From a virus: a stretch of DNA of 64,000 nucleotides. The position numbers and the translations under genes are program-made. The DNA lies in IMG/VR virus record IMGVR_UViG_3300030109_006363, positions 4,713-68,712 of that record; one strand, written 5' to 3'. The notes under the pieces were generated by a model, which was not told the origin of the DNA, did not search any database, and saw only the letters and a list, made by a program, of their open reading frames with translations. This document shows positions 38,367 to 49,138 of this stretch, one piece after another. How positions within the stretch are numbered: position 1 is the stretch's first letter; each line of letters starts with the position of its first letter.

Positions 38367-39971
38367 CTATGTAAGGACTGTTGGGTTATATTGAGGATTT
38401 TGTTGCTGTAATTGTCGTTGTATGACACCTGGATCTAATCTAGCATCATCACCTACATTTTCTGGGCCTACATAAGGCTTGACACAAACAATTACATTTT
38501 GATATTTATCTTTAAAGAATCTATGATGTACGCTTGTAATAAACCATTTGCCTAACAATTTACTATCTGAAACTGCTACTTCTTGACCTGCTTTAAATAC
38601 ATCTATAAAACGACCTGGTCTTCTAAAAGTATCACCAGGTATATCTAAAGTAAGTTGTAGATTGTAAAATGTTAAATTAGAAACCATTTGAGCAGTAACT
38701 AAGTTTTTATTATCTTCAAATTCGAATCTTGGTAACGAAAAAGGTTTTACTGGTCTATTAGCTCCTTGATAGAAAGGAATATATGGCTCAGGTGATCCTC
38801 CTACGCAACCAAATTTATCCACAAATATTGTTCTCCACTCTTCTTTTACTTTATCTATTTCTATAATCTTTCTTTTTTCTGCTCCCAACATAGGATCAGT
38901 ACTCTTAACTATATAATCACTAAAAAATTCATTTGTATATGTTGTAAAGGGACTAGTTAAATTAGTATTATGAAGCATACCTTGATACCTATTAAAGAAA
39001 ACACCCTGTTCACCTGTATTAGGATTTGTAACTTTACTTACCGGGTTACTCTTATTTTCGCCTAGTTTATCGAGATTACCTTGTAGATCTCCTATACCCA
39101 TTGCCTCAATTGTTAATTTTTCATTATCTTTAAAATAAGCATCTAGAGGTATATACGTATACTTACCCGTATCTCTATTATATTGTAAAAAAGGTTGAAC
39201 TGGTAACTTTTGACCTTCTGATACTACGTAATTAAAACGTAAAAGATATTTTAATGCATCAGAGTATCTCCAGTGCTGTCCCGGTGTGATATGCTCAATA
39301 TGATTAGGAAAATCACCATTATTGCCGTTAATATAATGGCTACCAGGAGTAAATTGCTCTTCATCTATTAATCCATCTCCTTCAAAAACCTTTTTAAATA
39401 TATCTCTTTTTATTATATCACCAATAGGTTGTTCAGTTTCGTTAGTTGAAGGCAATCTCATATTAGGTTCTGATTGTCTATTTAATATATGAAAGTTTTT
39501 ATCTATTAATGCATATGTTTTAAAGTTATTAGATCTATCTGTTTTTGAAATACTATTGCTTTCATCTTGTAAAACAAAAGAATAAAATAATCCTTTTTCT
39601 TGGTATAATGCTGCTTGTGGTTCAGTGCTTCCAACTACATTAGGATTACCTTTTTGAAATGTTTCATAATCTACAAATCTCACATGAAGATAATCTTCAC
39701 CTGTTCCACTACTTATTAATTCGTCTTCAATATAATTGTAAGGATTATTAATAGTTATTGAACCTACTACTTCAGGAGCAAAAAAGTTTTCATGAATATC
39801 TAAACTTACAATAGATGATTTAGTTAAAAGTATACCTTCATTAGCATCCTGCCCAGTAAATCTAATCGGTGGATCCGGATTACCTGAAAGTAAAAAGAAG
39901 CAATAAAACTCTGCACCATTTAATTTAAATTTAAATGATTCATCATCAATAGGTTTAGGAGCAGTAGCCAT
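38367..39971 (-). CDS. Baseplate hub protein (gp27/GpD-like)
   Basis: LDIHENFF...GSITI; C-terminal IPGDTFRRPGRFI...GKWFITSVHHRF. Confidence 0.7.
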   Translation of the reverse strand: MATAPKPIDDESFKFKLNGAEFYCFFLLSGNPDPPIRFTGQDANEGILLTKSSIVSLDIHENFFAPEVVGSITINNPYNYIEDELISSGTGEDYLHVRFVDYETFQKGNPNVVGSTEPQAALYQEKGLFYSFVLQDESNSISKTDRSNNFKTYALIDKNFHILNRQSEPNMRLPSTNETEQPIGDIIKRDIFKKVFEGDGLIDEEQFTPGSHYINGNNGDFPNHIEHITPGQHWRYSDALKYLLRFNYVVSEGQKLPVQPFLQYNRDTGKYTYIPLDAYFKDNEKLTIEAMGIGDLQGNLDKLGENKSNPVSKVTNPNTGEQGVFFNRYQGMLHNTNLTSPFTTYTNEFFSDYIVKSTDPMLGAEKRKIIEIDKVKEEWRTIFVDKFGCVGGSPEPYIPFYQGANRPVKPFSLPRFEFEDNKNLVTAQMVSNLTFYNLQLTLDIPGDTFRRPGRFIDVFKAGQEVAVSDSKLLGKWFITSVHHRFFKDKYQNVIVCVKPYVGPENVGDDARLDPGVIQRQLQQQNPQYNPTVLT

Positions 39972-40363
39972 TATCTAAGTGTGGCTTCAGTTATCTGCTG
40001 GTATATTAAACCTCTCTTACTTGGTTTAATAAAAGTAAGCTGTTGACCGCCTTCAGCAAAAAAACTGTTACCAATAGTTTCTTTATTCAACAAATATATA
40101 ATCCACCAACTATGAATATCACCGTATATGTCATACGATGTAGTAGTTAGAGCTTGTTTACTAACAACATTATGTGTATCTAATAATGAACTATCAATGT
40201 TATCTGGAAATTCCATCTTGTTTAGTATATTGTAAAAGTAAAACTCTTTACCATTTACAGGTTGTGTAAACAACTTAAATATACGCTCATAGCGATTCAA
40301 AGGTAAACTTGGTAAAGCGTTTACCTGATCTTGATATTGTCCTGTTTTTCCTGTTAAACTCAT
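39971..40363 (-). CDS. Baseplate wedge protein (gp53-like, LysM-like)
   Basis: SYDIYGDIHSWWIIYLLN. Confidence 0.75.
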   Translation of the reverse strand: MSLTGKTGQYQDQVNALPSLPLNRYERIFKLFTQPVNGKEFYFYNILNKMEFPDNIDSSLLDTHNVVSKQALTTTSYDIYGDIHSWWIIYLLNKETIGNSFFAEGGQQLTFIKPSKRGLIYQQITEATLR

Positions 40364-40366
40364 AAA

Positions 40367-41863
40367 TTATTCCCTTCTATAATTTCTAGCTCCTTCACTT
40401 AAATTTCGTTGTTGCTCTTGTTCGTCCTGAGGTTGAGGTAATAGTGATATACTTGGTACTTCTTCTCTAAATCCTCCTAATTGACTGTAGTCAGTAGCTG
40501 CGCTTTCCCTTTCCCTTGCTTCTTGAGGACTAACCCCTGATCGAGTATCTTCCATATACAAAGTAGCTACTTGTCCATCAGGGGTGATTATCGTCTTAGG
40601 TGTGAACTTAGAACTAGAACTACCTAATCCCGCATCAGCTAAATTTTCAGGTGTTGCCGGTTGGTTAGCACCAGGAACTATTCTTCCGAGTCCGGTTTGC
40701 CTACTCCGTTCAGCTGGAGGTGTAGGTCTGGGTTGATTTTGATTAGGAAGTTGATCTCCTGTCCTAATAGCTCGAGCTAAATCTGATCTCTTGTTTAAAG
40801 TTCTCTCTCTTTGATACTTACCTTTTTGAAATCCTTCTTCTTCTTTAGCTTGATTAGCAGAGTATCTATCAAAATCACCAAAAGCATCTCTATTGTCACA
40901 TATCTCTTCAACAAAGTTAGCTGGTTCTACTGTTAACGATCTAAAAGTAAAATTACAAACATATGCTTCAGGTATAACTCTTGTACCTATTCTTCTTCTG
41001 TTTCCTAATAAGCTTACTTCAAAATTCTCTAAATAAGCCCATTGTATGTATCTTAAACCAGGTACTACTAAATTATAGATAGCAGGAAAATCCATTCCAA
41101 TAGGACCATATCTATAAGGCCTGTTCATTTTAGTAAAATCGCATATAAATTTAAAGTTCTTATCTATTGAATCATCTTCCAAAGTATTGGAAAGAGTAAA
41201 TCCTATCTGTAATCCATTATCAGTATTACTATATTGATAAAATTTAGGAGTTTCAATATATGAGCCAGGCGTACCAATAGTTTGTCTACCGGGGTTTAAT
41301 CCTAATGCCTTAGTTACACCAGTAGCTGCTCCTGAAACTGTCTTAGCTACTTTATCAGCTAATGATTGGTCGCCACTATTACCTGTATCACCAAATGAAG
41401 CGAGAGCATTTACAGCTGCAACTCCTCCACCTACTAAACTCTCACCAGCAGCACCTAAACCTTGTATTTCTTTACCTCCAAACATCTGTGCACCTCTTTG
41501 ACTAATAGGTGAAAATGTATCAGCGAATTCGGTACTAAATGATCTAAAACTATCTTCAAAAAATGGAAAATTTAATCTAGCTATAGCATTATTCTTAACA
41601 GTATATAATCCTTTGTAAAAATCTAAACCAGGATTCTTACTATTAGTATACGAACCTGCATTGTTTTGTGGAGATAAAATATTCATATACCCGTCTATAA
41701 ACGAGCGTAATTGCGAATACTGTAATTCGTAAGCTGTTATGAAAGCAGATGGCGCTTCGTTACGTAAGTCAGAAGTTCTTGGTACAGAAGTCCAATCGTA
41801 CTCCTTTACGATATCATATACGCCTGGATTCTTTCCATTACGAATGTCATCATATCTCGCCAT
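40367..41863 (-). CDS. Baseplate-tail tube junction protein (gp48-like)
   Basis: Tube-fold-like FTLSNT...PAIY...IPEAY...FTFRSL; synteny. Confidence 0.5.
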   Translation of the reverse strand: MARYDDIRNGKNPGVYDIVKEYDWTSVPRTSDLRNEAPSAFITAYELQYSQLRSFIDGYMNILSPQNNAGSYTNSKNPGLDFYKGLYTVKNNAIARLNFPFFEDSFRSFSTEFADTFSPISQRGAQMFGGKEIQGLGAAGESLVGGGVAAVNALASFGDTGNSGDQSLADKVAKTVSGAATGVTKALGLNPGRQTIGTPGSYIETPKFYQYSNTDNGLQIGFTLSNTLEDDSIDKNFKFICDFTKMNRPYRYGPIGMDFPAIYNLVVPGLRYIQWAYLENFEVSLLGNRRRIGTRVIPEAYVCNFTFRSLTVEPANFVEEICDNRDAFGDFDRYSANQAKEEEGFQKGKYQRERTLNKRSDLARAIRTGDQLPNQNQPRPTPPAERSRQTGLGRIVPGANQPATPENLADAGLGSSSSKFTPKTIITPDGQVATLYMEDTRSGVSPQEARERESAATDYSQLGGFREEVPSISLLPQPQDEQEQQRNLSEGARNYRRE

Positions 41864-41883
41864 ATTAATATTTATCCACTAAA

Positions 41884-43389
41884 TTAGGTTGGCTGCATAG
41901 TATATGCAGAGTTGAGGAAGTTTGTTTTAGAATCATTATATGATGGGCCTTCCATTGAGCCTGGCATATCATTGTTAAGAGGGTTTTGTACAACTACCGG
42001 TGTAGTATTATTGCTTCCATTTTTAGCTATTTGTGCTGTAAGTTGAACTAACTGAGCTAAAAGCTGATTAGATCTTTTTACCTCAGCAGCTACAGCTTTG
42101 TCAAAAACATCTTTTATAGCAATACTTTCTGTAGCAGCGCCTTTAATTAATTTAGATAATGTACCACCTTCTTTCATTCCTACTACATCATCTCTACTAT
42201 TAAAGTTTACTAATGTACCATCATTAAATCTTGCAAAGTCATCTGCGTATACAACTCTTTTAAAGGCTTCAATAGGAGATTCACCTCCAGGTACTAATGC
42301 TTTAAATGCAGCTTTAACACCCGAACCTACAGTGCTAAATTTCTTACCAAAGCTTTTTAAGCCTCCCATTACGTTATCTACTATACCTGTAAATATACCT
42401 ACAAATTTATCTTTAATAGAAGCAAAGAAGTCACCTGCTTTACCTAATACAAATCCTGTACCTTTTGCAATACTTTCTCCTGCGCCAGCTAACCACGATA
42501 TTACACTTCCAACAAAAGGTAACGCTTCATTAAAATGTTCTCCAGCTTCAGCCCATTCACCTCTAAATACTGCTCCTATACCTTTACCCAATGAAATAAT
42601 ATTCTGTATACCAGGTAACTTCATAGCAAACTCTTTTATCTTACCCCACATATCAAATTGACCACCAGTAGGATCAATTCCTTCTCTTTCTTTCTTAGCT
42701 TGATTTAAATCGTAAATTAATAACGCCCCATCAATTATCATAGAAGCTATATTAGTGACTCCAAATGGAAGTAAATTTAAAATACCAGAAGCAAATTCAA
42801 AAAGAGCTGGAATATAATCACCTTTTTTCCATCTTGATATACCAAAACCGAAACTGAATAAAGAACCTATAACAGGAATAAACCTACCAAATTTTAGTAA
42901 TCTACCTCCTATACCTTTCGCTAAGCCAGCTAATATTTTACCTAGCTTACCGCCTTTCATAGCTTTAAAAAAGCCGCTAGCTAACTTACCCATAGGCTTT
43001 AAAAGCTTAGGTAAAGTTTTAGCTACAAACTCTGCAACCGGCCCTATAAAGTCAGCAATCCAAGCAGCAAATGCTGTAATACCTGCTCCTAGAGCTAATA
43101 GTAAAGGAAATTTAAGTTTAGGAGGTTTTTCTTCTTTAGTTTTTTGAACTGATTCTTTAGCCATTCCAGCTGGAGTAGAAGCTCGATCCGTTTCACCGAA
43201 TGCATCCTTTTCATTTTTTTTCTGAACATTAAAGAAAGCTTCAGCAGCAATAGTTGATTCATTTGTAATACGCCTTCTCTCCGCCGAAGTTAAGACGGGA
43301 TTAACCTTTTTTAAAATCTTTTTATCAGCAGCACCTCCTATGGTTTCACCAGATACTACTTTTCCTAATATGTTAAAGGGATTAGCCAC
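41884..43389 (-). CDS. Tape-measure-like protein (gp29-like)
   Basis: Gly/Ala/Lys-rich amphipathic and hydrophobic helices, RFIPVIG motif; sits between gp26-like and gp48-like genes. Confidence 0.6.
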   Translation of the reverse strand: MANPFNILGKVVSGETIGGAADKKILKKVNPVLTSAERRRITNESTIAAEAFFNVQKKNEKDAFGETDRASTPAGMAKESVQKTKEEKPPKLKFPLLLALGAGITAFAAWIADFIGPVAEFVAKTLPKLLKPMGKLASGFFKAMKGGKLGKILAGLAKGIGGRLLKFGRFIPVIGSLFSFGFGISRWKKGDYIPALFEFASGILNLLPFGVTNIASMIIDGALLIYDLNQAKKEREGIDPTGGQFDMWGKIKEFAMKLPGIQNIISLGKGIGAVFRGEWAEAGEHFNEALPFVGSVISWLAGAGESIAKGTGFVLGKAGDFFASIKDKFVGIFTGIVDNVMGGLKSFGKKFSTVGSGVKAAFKALVPGGESPIEAFKRVVYADDFARFNDGTLVNFNSRDDVVGMKEGGTLSKLIKGAATESIAIKDVFDKAVAAEVKRSNQLLAQLVQLTAQIAKNGSNNTTPVVVQNPLNNDMPGSMEGPSYNDSKTNFLNSAYTMQPT

Positions 43390-43397
43390 ATATATAT

Positions 43398-44138
43398 TTA
43401 TGCACTAGTAGTGGCATCAAGCAATGAAGCATCTATAGGTATAATAGATTCATTAACAGTTAATATACCTTCTTCGAACTTAGCTACTTTAGTTAAAAAA
43501 GAAGTGATATCATCATATAGTTCTAAGGGCAGCTGCTCTACTATTTTAACTCTATCAACAACTTTTAATTCATTAAAGTTGATTAATTCTTCCTCAACTT
43601 GAACGGACTTGATAGTTTTAATTAATTCAAATATATAAATTAACCCCATTGCCTCTGAAAGATTTTCACTTTTTAAATTATCTATTTCTTGAATGCACTT
43701 CTTTAAGATAATGTTTTCTTCTTGTAGAGTTGGTATTCTTAATTCAACATTAATAGAACCTATTTTAACTTTTTTTGTTAGTTTGAAAGGCGGTACTTCT
43801 TTCGCTTTTAGTAATGAATCTTTTAAAGAAACTACGTCCCCGTCGTCTATTTTTATTTTATCACCTAAAGATTCTACTCTTAAAGCTAGTAATGCTGGTA
43901 TCCTATCAAAAGTAAATAAAGTATCGCTATCTACATTTTCAATAATTAATTCATTTACTGCTTTAGTAAATTGTAATGCACCAAGAACTCCGTTGACTGC
44001 AGTAGATATGATATCTTTTTGTTGTTTTAAGGTGATTTGCTTAGCTGTTACTTCTTTTTTAATTGAAGGTATAAAAACTTTAAACTCTTTTTTAAGCTCA
44101 GAAAGTTTATTAATAAAATCCTTAGTTGAAGTACTCAT
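43398..44138 (-). CDS. Baseplate hub assembly protein (gp26-like)
   Basis: IPS.KKEV, LALRVESLGD, LRIPTL. Confidence 0.7.
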   Translation of the reverse strand: MSTSTKDFINKLSELKKEFKVFIPSIKKEVTAKQITLKQQKDIISTAVNGVLGALQFTKAVNELIIENVDSDTLFTFDRIPALLALRVESLGDKIKIDDGDVVSLKDSLLKAKEVPPFKLTKKVKIGSINVELRIPTLQEENIILKKCIQEIDNLKSENLSEAMGLIYIFELIKTIKSVQVEEELINFNELKVVDRVKIVEQLPLELYDDITSFLTKVAKFEEGILTVNESIIPIDASLLDATTSA

Positions 44139-44150
44139 GATATTATTTAA

Positions 44151-44918
44151 CTAGTTATCTAATTTTGCAACTTTATCGTTTTGCTCTTCATTTTCCCGCA
44201 TATATAGATCCATATAATCTAATATATCTTTGAACGTACTGTTAAGAAGAAATGATACATCTTTTATTCTTTTACTTAAAACAAATATATACTCTCTATA
44301 AGTATACTCATCTATACAATTGAATAAGTTCTGTAAAAAATAAAAAGGCGAAGCATTTAAAAAACTAATTTCATAATCATCATTATTAGGTATTAAAGTA
44401 TATTCAAGAACATGTTTGTTATCATTTATAAACTCATTTATGACAGTAAGTACATCAGTAGGTAAGTTATTAGTTATGTCGATTAATTCTTGATCTGATA
44501 CATTATTTAAATCTATAGCATCGTTGTCTATTTTAATTTCTTTTATTACACTAAAGATGTTATCTGTATTAATTAAAAATTTAGAAGGATAGTCTAAAAC
44601 TAATTTTAAGTTACCAACTTCTCTCTCTTGTCTTATATCAATTATTTCATCAAAATTTTTTATTACTAAATCTATACCTACATCTTTATCTAAACCGTTT
44701 ATGTTAATATTAAAAGATTGTTTTAAACATCTCTTTCTAAGATAAAGAAGAGTAATAAATTTTTCTAATGCATTTAAATTTTTCGTTACAATAAAATCTT
44801 CTAATTTATTTAAATTATGCTCAAGTGAAGATTCAAAAAAGAACTGTCTAGAGTCTTTAAATAAGAACTCTTTTGTAACTACTTCCTTACCGTTAGGAAG
44901 TTTAAATACACATTGCAT
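44151..44918 (-). CDS. Second gp26/gp51-like baseplate assembly protein
   Basis: LLYLRKRC...LDYPS gp26-like pattern plus a gp51-like C-terminal segment. Confidence 0.5.
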   Translation of the reverse strand: MQCVFKLPNGKEVVTKEFLFKDSRQFFFESSLEHNLNKLEDFIVTKNLNALEKFITLLYLRKRCLKQSFNININGLDKDVGIDLVIKNFDEIIDIRQEREVGNLKLVLDYPSKFLINTDNIFSVIKEIKIDNDAIDLNNVSDQELIDITNNLPTDVLTVINEFINDNKHVLEYTLIPNNDDYEISFLNASPFYFLQNLFNCIDEYTYREYIFVLSKRIKDVSFLLNSTFKDILDYMDLYMRENEEQNDKVAKLDN

Positions 44919-44932
44919 ATTAATAATTATTA

Positions 44933-45580
44933 CTAAAATGCAAAAGGTAAAGCCTGCCCAGTAGTTCGTAAAGGCTTATAATCTCTAAAAGCAAATGTAA
45001 CTGACTTTTCCTGAAACTCTTCATCATTATACGATAATTGATAACCTTCTACATTTGTAGGAAACACTTCTCTAAACTCATACCCTTTACGTAAACGCAT
45101 TCTATTATCATACTGTCTTAAGATAACTTTAGGACATAAGAGATTCCTTTCTAGTAAACCATCTATACCTAAAGCTATCATCCAAGGTCTAAAGAAGAAG
45201 TGCTCAATATCATCGATAGTATCAAAAAAGTTAATAGCTAAATTTTTAGATAAAAAGTCTACTCTTTTGTTTAAAGCATACCCGGGTAAGAAGCCACCCA
45301 TATTTTGTTGACCGGCAATATCAAATTGCGAGTTTTCATTAGGAACGTTAACTGTTCTTGCTACTAAGATATTACCATTTTCTGTAAATGCATCTGGCTC
45401 TGTAGTAGCTTTCCAATTGTCTGCGTCTTGTTTATACGCTTTAGTAATAGCTTTATTAATGTTAGGTATTAACTCTGAACCCTCGTAAAGAAATTCTATC
45501 TTCCAAAGAAAGGGATGCGAGAGAAAGAACCTTTCACTATAGCTATACCTATCGAGAAAATCTTGCTGCTCAAACGCCAT
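44933..45580 (-). CDS. Tail tube-like protein (gp54/gp19 family)
   Basis: LRQYD...YEFREVFPTNV...LSY...VTFAF. Confidence 0.75.
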   Translation of the reverse strand: MAFEQQDFLDRYSYSERFFLSHPFLWKIEFLYEGSELIPNINKAITKAYKQDADNWKATTEPDAFTENGNILVARTVNVPNENSQFDIAGQQNMGGFLPGYALNKRVDFLSKNLAINFFDTIDDIEHFFFRPWMIALGIDGLLERNLLCPKVILRQYDNRMRLRKGYEFREVFPTNVEGYQLSYNDEEFQEKSVTFAFRDYKPLRTTGQALPFAF

Positions 45581-45605
45581 TAATAATATTTAATCGCGAG
45601 TGTAA

Positions 45606-46148
45606 TTAAGAAAGGGCAAAGTCTCTATAGAAGTGGAATGCAAAGGTTACATCAAAGCTTAATACATCACCTGAACCATCAGCAATATCATAACTTACAG
45701 CTCCAACATTTCTAAGAGAAGCTCCTACAAGTTCGATATTTCTAACATCATTAAGCTGTTTGTCAACTTGAACTAAATTAATAACAGATTCTTCACCAGG
45801 CATGCCATATTGACCTATTGAAGTTTCATTATTAAAAACCACTCTAGAAGCAGCTTCAAATTTAGTTCTTAACTGACAATCTTCATCATGATAAAAACTA
45901 ATTGTATATCCTCCTGCTTCAGGGTAAGTCGATCTACCAGGTACTTGAAACTCTTGTCCAAAATAGTTAACTACCTTACTATCAATGTTTCGTCCCGGCA
46001 ACTGCGCTGTCTTTGCATAAACTAGATCATTATCACCAACAAATGTAATTCCACCTGCTAATGTAATGTTTCTAACTCTAAATAGAAAATCTCTCGAAAA
46101 TTGATTTTCTGCTGCTTTAGTAAAGAAGTTTTGAATTGTTGTTGCCAT
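45606..46148 (-). CDS. Tail tube protein (T4 gp19-like)
   Basis: AQLPG, YFGQEFQVPGR, QVDKQ, FDVTFAF; follows the sheath gene. Confidence 0.85.
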   Translation of the reverse strand: MATTIQNFFTKAAENQFSRDFLFRVRNITLAGGITFVGDNDLVYAKTAQLPGRNIDSKVVNYFGQEFQVPGRSTYPEAGGYTISFYHDEDCQLRTKFEAASRVVFNNETSIGQYGMPGEESVINLVQVDKQLNDVRNIELVGASLRNVGAVSYDIADGSGDVLSFDVTFAFHFYRDFALS

Positions 46149-46173
46149 AATAATATTTAATTGTTCTTATTGT

Positions 46174-48516
46174 TTAACCGCCAATTAACTCTTGGAAATT
46201 AGCATCTGTCCTAGTAGCGTAGAAGTTAACTAAGATAAACTCTGCTGTTCTCGTTGGCTTAAGGTAAATATCTACCACTAGCTCATTAGCATCGATAACT
46301 GCTGGAGTATTGTTTCTTTCGTCACAAACAATCAAGTAATCAAATAATCCTTCATTGTTCTTAGCTCTTTCAAACAGAGGAGTTAAAGCATTTACTAATC
46401 TCGTTCTAGTAAACTCTGAGTTCTGCTCAAATACAAACTGACGAGCTAACTGCTTAGTAGGTCTTTCTAACGACAAGAACAACCTTCTAACATTAATTCT
46501 ATCGAATGCACTTGGCTTCTTCTGTAAAGTCTTCTGACCGAATATTACTATACCCGATCCAGGGAATTGAGCTATTGGGTTAATGTTAGCTTTGTAAAGT
46601 TCATCACGCTGCTTTTGATTAGGATTAACTGCAATATCATTAGCAAATGAAACTAACCCTCTAGTAAAGCCTGCTGGGGCGAACCATGGGAATGCTACTG
46701 CATCTGTTCTTGCCATTGCAGCTGCAGCAAATCCTGAAGAAGGTACCCAGCATTGCTTACCAGCATAACTATCATTAACAGCCATCCAGTTTCCATAAAC
46801 TGTTGCGTAAGAAGTATTTTCATTTTCAAACTGATGTCTAATTGGCCAGTAAATATCTTTTTGGAAATTTAAAGTTTTATCAGATAAGGTCTTAGTATTA
46901 GCTCCTTTTATAAGGATTTGTCTTATAGGGTCAGCAATAAAGATACAATCTCCTCTATCACCACCTTCATATGGAGGCTTTACAAACTTTTCAAACTTAT
47001 TAAAGATTGTAGAATAATTATTTCTTAATGTAATTGCAGATGCTACTGATAAATCACCAGTCTCTCTTAAACCATTAACAGCAGTTGCAGTTGCAGTGCT
47101 ATAATCTTCGTCGTCATAATATCCTCTATTAGTAACAGTCGAAGCACTTGCAATTGCATAAATAGTACCTAAACCAGCTTCAGTTACTATATCAATGTTA
47201 TAAACTTCGTCATTCTTAATATTATCTAAAGATCTTTCAAGCTTAGTTGGAATATTACCGAGAAGTTTTTCCGTCACTTTCTTATTAGTAAACTGTCCTA
47301 ATGGGAATAAATTAGCCGTGTCTTTACCTTGATCAATAAGAGTTTGTAGAGGATCGTCAGCTAATGGATATGAAGATAATCCAGTGTTAGCTGCTGTACC
47401 GTTTCTTAACCCTCCAGCAGTTTTTGCTTTTAATTTTACACTACCATATGTGTTGAGTCCTGTAGAACCTGCTAGTCTCTGTGATATGTTATCATTAACT
47501 AAGACTTTAATATTCTGTGAGTTCTGTGAAACATTTTCTAAGAATACTGATCTATTAGCTCCTCCATTAGGATTAAGCTCAGTTCTATGAGCATTAATAG
47601 AACCTGCCACTACATCTGTTAATACGTAATCAAGTTTAGTAGCTTCATTTGCGTAAATAGACTTACGTAATTTAAACACTCCTAATTGCAAATAATCATC
47701 AAATGACCGGTCATCTAACTCATAATCAGTAAGATTTTCCATCACTCTTGATATACTTCGACCAGAACCATCTGTTTTAGAAGAGGTTAAGTCGAATGTT
47801 ATAGTATTACTAGGAACATCAGTAAATGAACTTGTGGAAGATGATGCAGCTACTAAAGCTTTAACTCCTGACACAGCTAAGAAATCTGTACCAGGGTTTT
47901 GAGTATTATCAAGTAAACCTACATATGTACCTTCTAATCCTTCGTTATTAGCAAGTTGTGTTTTATTAAGAACAATCAAACCTGCGTTACCAAGCTCAGA
48001 TGCAGCATTAAAACTAGCAGTATTAGAAGCACTATTACCCCAGATCAAACTCGAACCATCTAGAATACCTAAATATTCTGCTTCTGTAAGCTGTAAATGT
48101 GTAGGCGCGTCGAAAATATAAAGACCTGAACCCGTATTAGTTAAGGTTGCCGCGCGATCCGGCTTGCCGTCGGAATCAACAGTAATTGCAGAAACAGGAT
48201 AAGCTAAAGCGGAATACTTAGATCCAAATCCATCACCGCTTCCTCCCCCGTAAGGTAATCTACCAGCGTAAACTGTAGCAGGTGAATTTAAAAGTTCGCT
48301 AATTGTGTAATGAAAGTATTTTTCTGCTGCAGTAGTAGGAGGACCATAAATTTGAACTAATTCTTGCTTAGTGGTTATAAGCAAAACTTCGTCGATGGGA
48401 CCCTGCTGAGCAAAACCGGTAACGTAGACGCTCGTTCCGGCAGGTGCAGGTGTTGTAAAGGAAAGATCTGATTCTCTTATTTCTACTCCAGGTGAGTTTA
48501 TTGTACGCTGTGCCAT
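46174..48516 (-). CDS. Tail sheath protein (T4 gp18-like)
   Basis: SPGVEIRESD, PWFAPAGFTRG, INPI, FGQKTL...SAFDRINVRRL, CDERNNTP..ID.N. Confidence 0.97.
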   Translation of the reverse strand: MAQRTINSPGVEIRESDLSFTTPAPAGTSVYVTGFAQQGPIDEVLLITTKQELVQIYGPPTTAAEKYFHYTISELLNSPATVYAGRLPYGGGSGDGFGSKYSALAYPVSAITVDSDGKPDRAATLTNTGSGLYIFDAPTHLQLTEAEYLGILDGSSLIWGNSASNTASFNAASELGNAGLIVLNKTQLANNEGLEGTYVGLLDNTQNPGTDFLAVSGVKALVAASSSTSSFTDVPSNTITFDLTSSKTDGSGRSISRVMENLTDYELDDRSFDDYLQLGVFKLRKSIYANEATKLDYVLTDVVAGSINAHRTELNPNGGANRSVFLENVSQNSQNIKVLVNDNISQRLAGSTGLNTYGSVKLKAKTAGGLRNGTAANTGLSSYPLADDPLQTLIDQGKDTANLFPLGQFTNKKVTEKLLGNIPTKLERSLDNIKNDEVYNIDIVTEAGLGTIYAIASASTVTNRGYYDDEDYSTATATAVNGLRETGDLSVASAITLRNNYSTIFNKFEKFVKPPYEGGDRGDCIFIADPIRQILIKGANTKTLSDKTLNFQKDIYWPIRHQFENENTSYATVYGNWMAVNDSYAGKQCWVPSSGFAAAAMARTDAVAFPWFAPAGFTRGLVSFANDIAVNPNQKQRDELYKANINPIAQFPGSGIVIFGQKTLQKKPSAFDRINVRRLFLSLERPTKQLARQFVFEQNSEFTRTRLVNALTPLFERAKNNEGLFDYLIVCDERNNTPAVIDANELVVDIYLKPTRTAEFILVNFYATRTDANFQELIGG

Positions 48517-48548
48517 AAAATTATTTATCCTAATTTAGGTTAATAATT

Positions 48549-49130
48549 TCAAAAACTGATAACTTCTGTATGTAATTGTGAGTAAACAAATGTAAATCCT
48601 GATGTAATTTCATCTGAAGTTGTATAATTATAGCTTATAGCTTCAACTGTAGTGGGAAATGCTTTAGTGTATGTAAATTTTATACGATTATTGTTGAATT
48701 CGTCTTTACCAAAAATGGTCAAATCAGTCTGATAATCCTGAAAATCTGGATTATTTTCATTTATCTCACGAGCATTATACCGCCCTTCATATTGATCATG
48801 TAACAAATTAAGCCAAGAGTATATTGCATAGTAATTTTTATACTCATTATCTATTTTAAATCCTATAGATACAGGAGGATAAGGGTTTTTCGAATGAGAA
48901 GATACATATAAAGTGTTACCAGCGTATCTATTTTCTACTGCAGGAACATTAACTTCAGGTACTGCAGCACCAAATATTGAAAATTGAACCGAATCAGGTA
49001 TTAAGCTATCGTTAGTTTGATTAAACTTTTTACTAAACTCCTTTAAAATTGGTGGTACATCAAAAACTAATAAAAACTTATCAGCTCTAGATTTGTTCAG
49101 CATCGACTGCTGCATAGTATTCCTTGCCAT
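48549..49130 (-). CDS. Tail tube terminator / completion protein (T4 gp3-like)
   Basis: VQF...VPEV, FKIDNEYKNY..IYSWL, AFPT; start reassigned to ATG 49130 by the TAAATA box 5 nt upstream. Confidence 0.8.
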   Translation of the reverse strand: MARNTMQQSMLNKSRADKFLLVFDVPPILKEFSKKFNQTNDSLIPDSVQFSIFGAAVPEVNVPAVENRYAGNTLYVSSHSKNPYPPVSIGFKIDNEYKNYYAIYSWLNLLHDQYEGRYNAREINENNPDFQDYQTDLTIFGKDEFNNNRIKFTYTKAFPTTVEAISYNYTTSDEITSGFTFVYSQLHTEVISF

Positions 49131-49138
49131 GTATATAT

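Noticed and set aside
42098-44154. Long + strand ORFs (187 aa, 153 aa) opposite tail genes
   Set aside because: Antisense shadows of well-supported structural genes, with non-ATG starts and no recognisable motifs.
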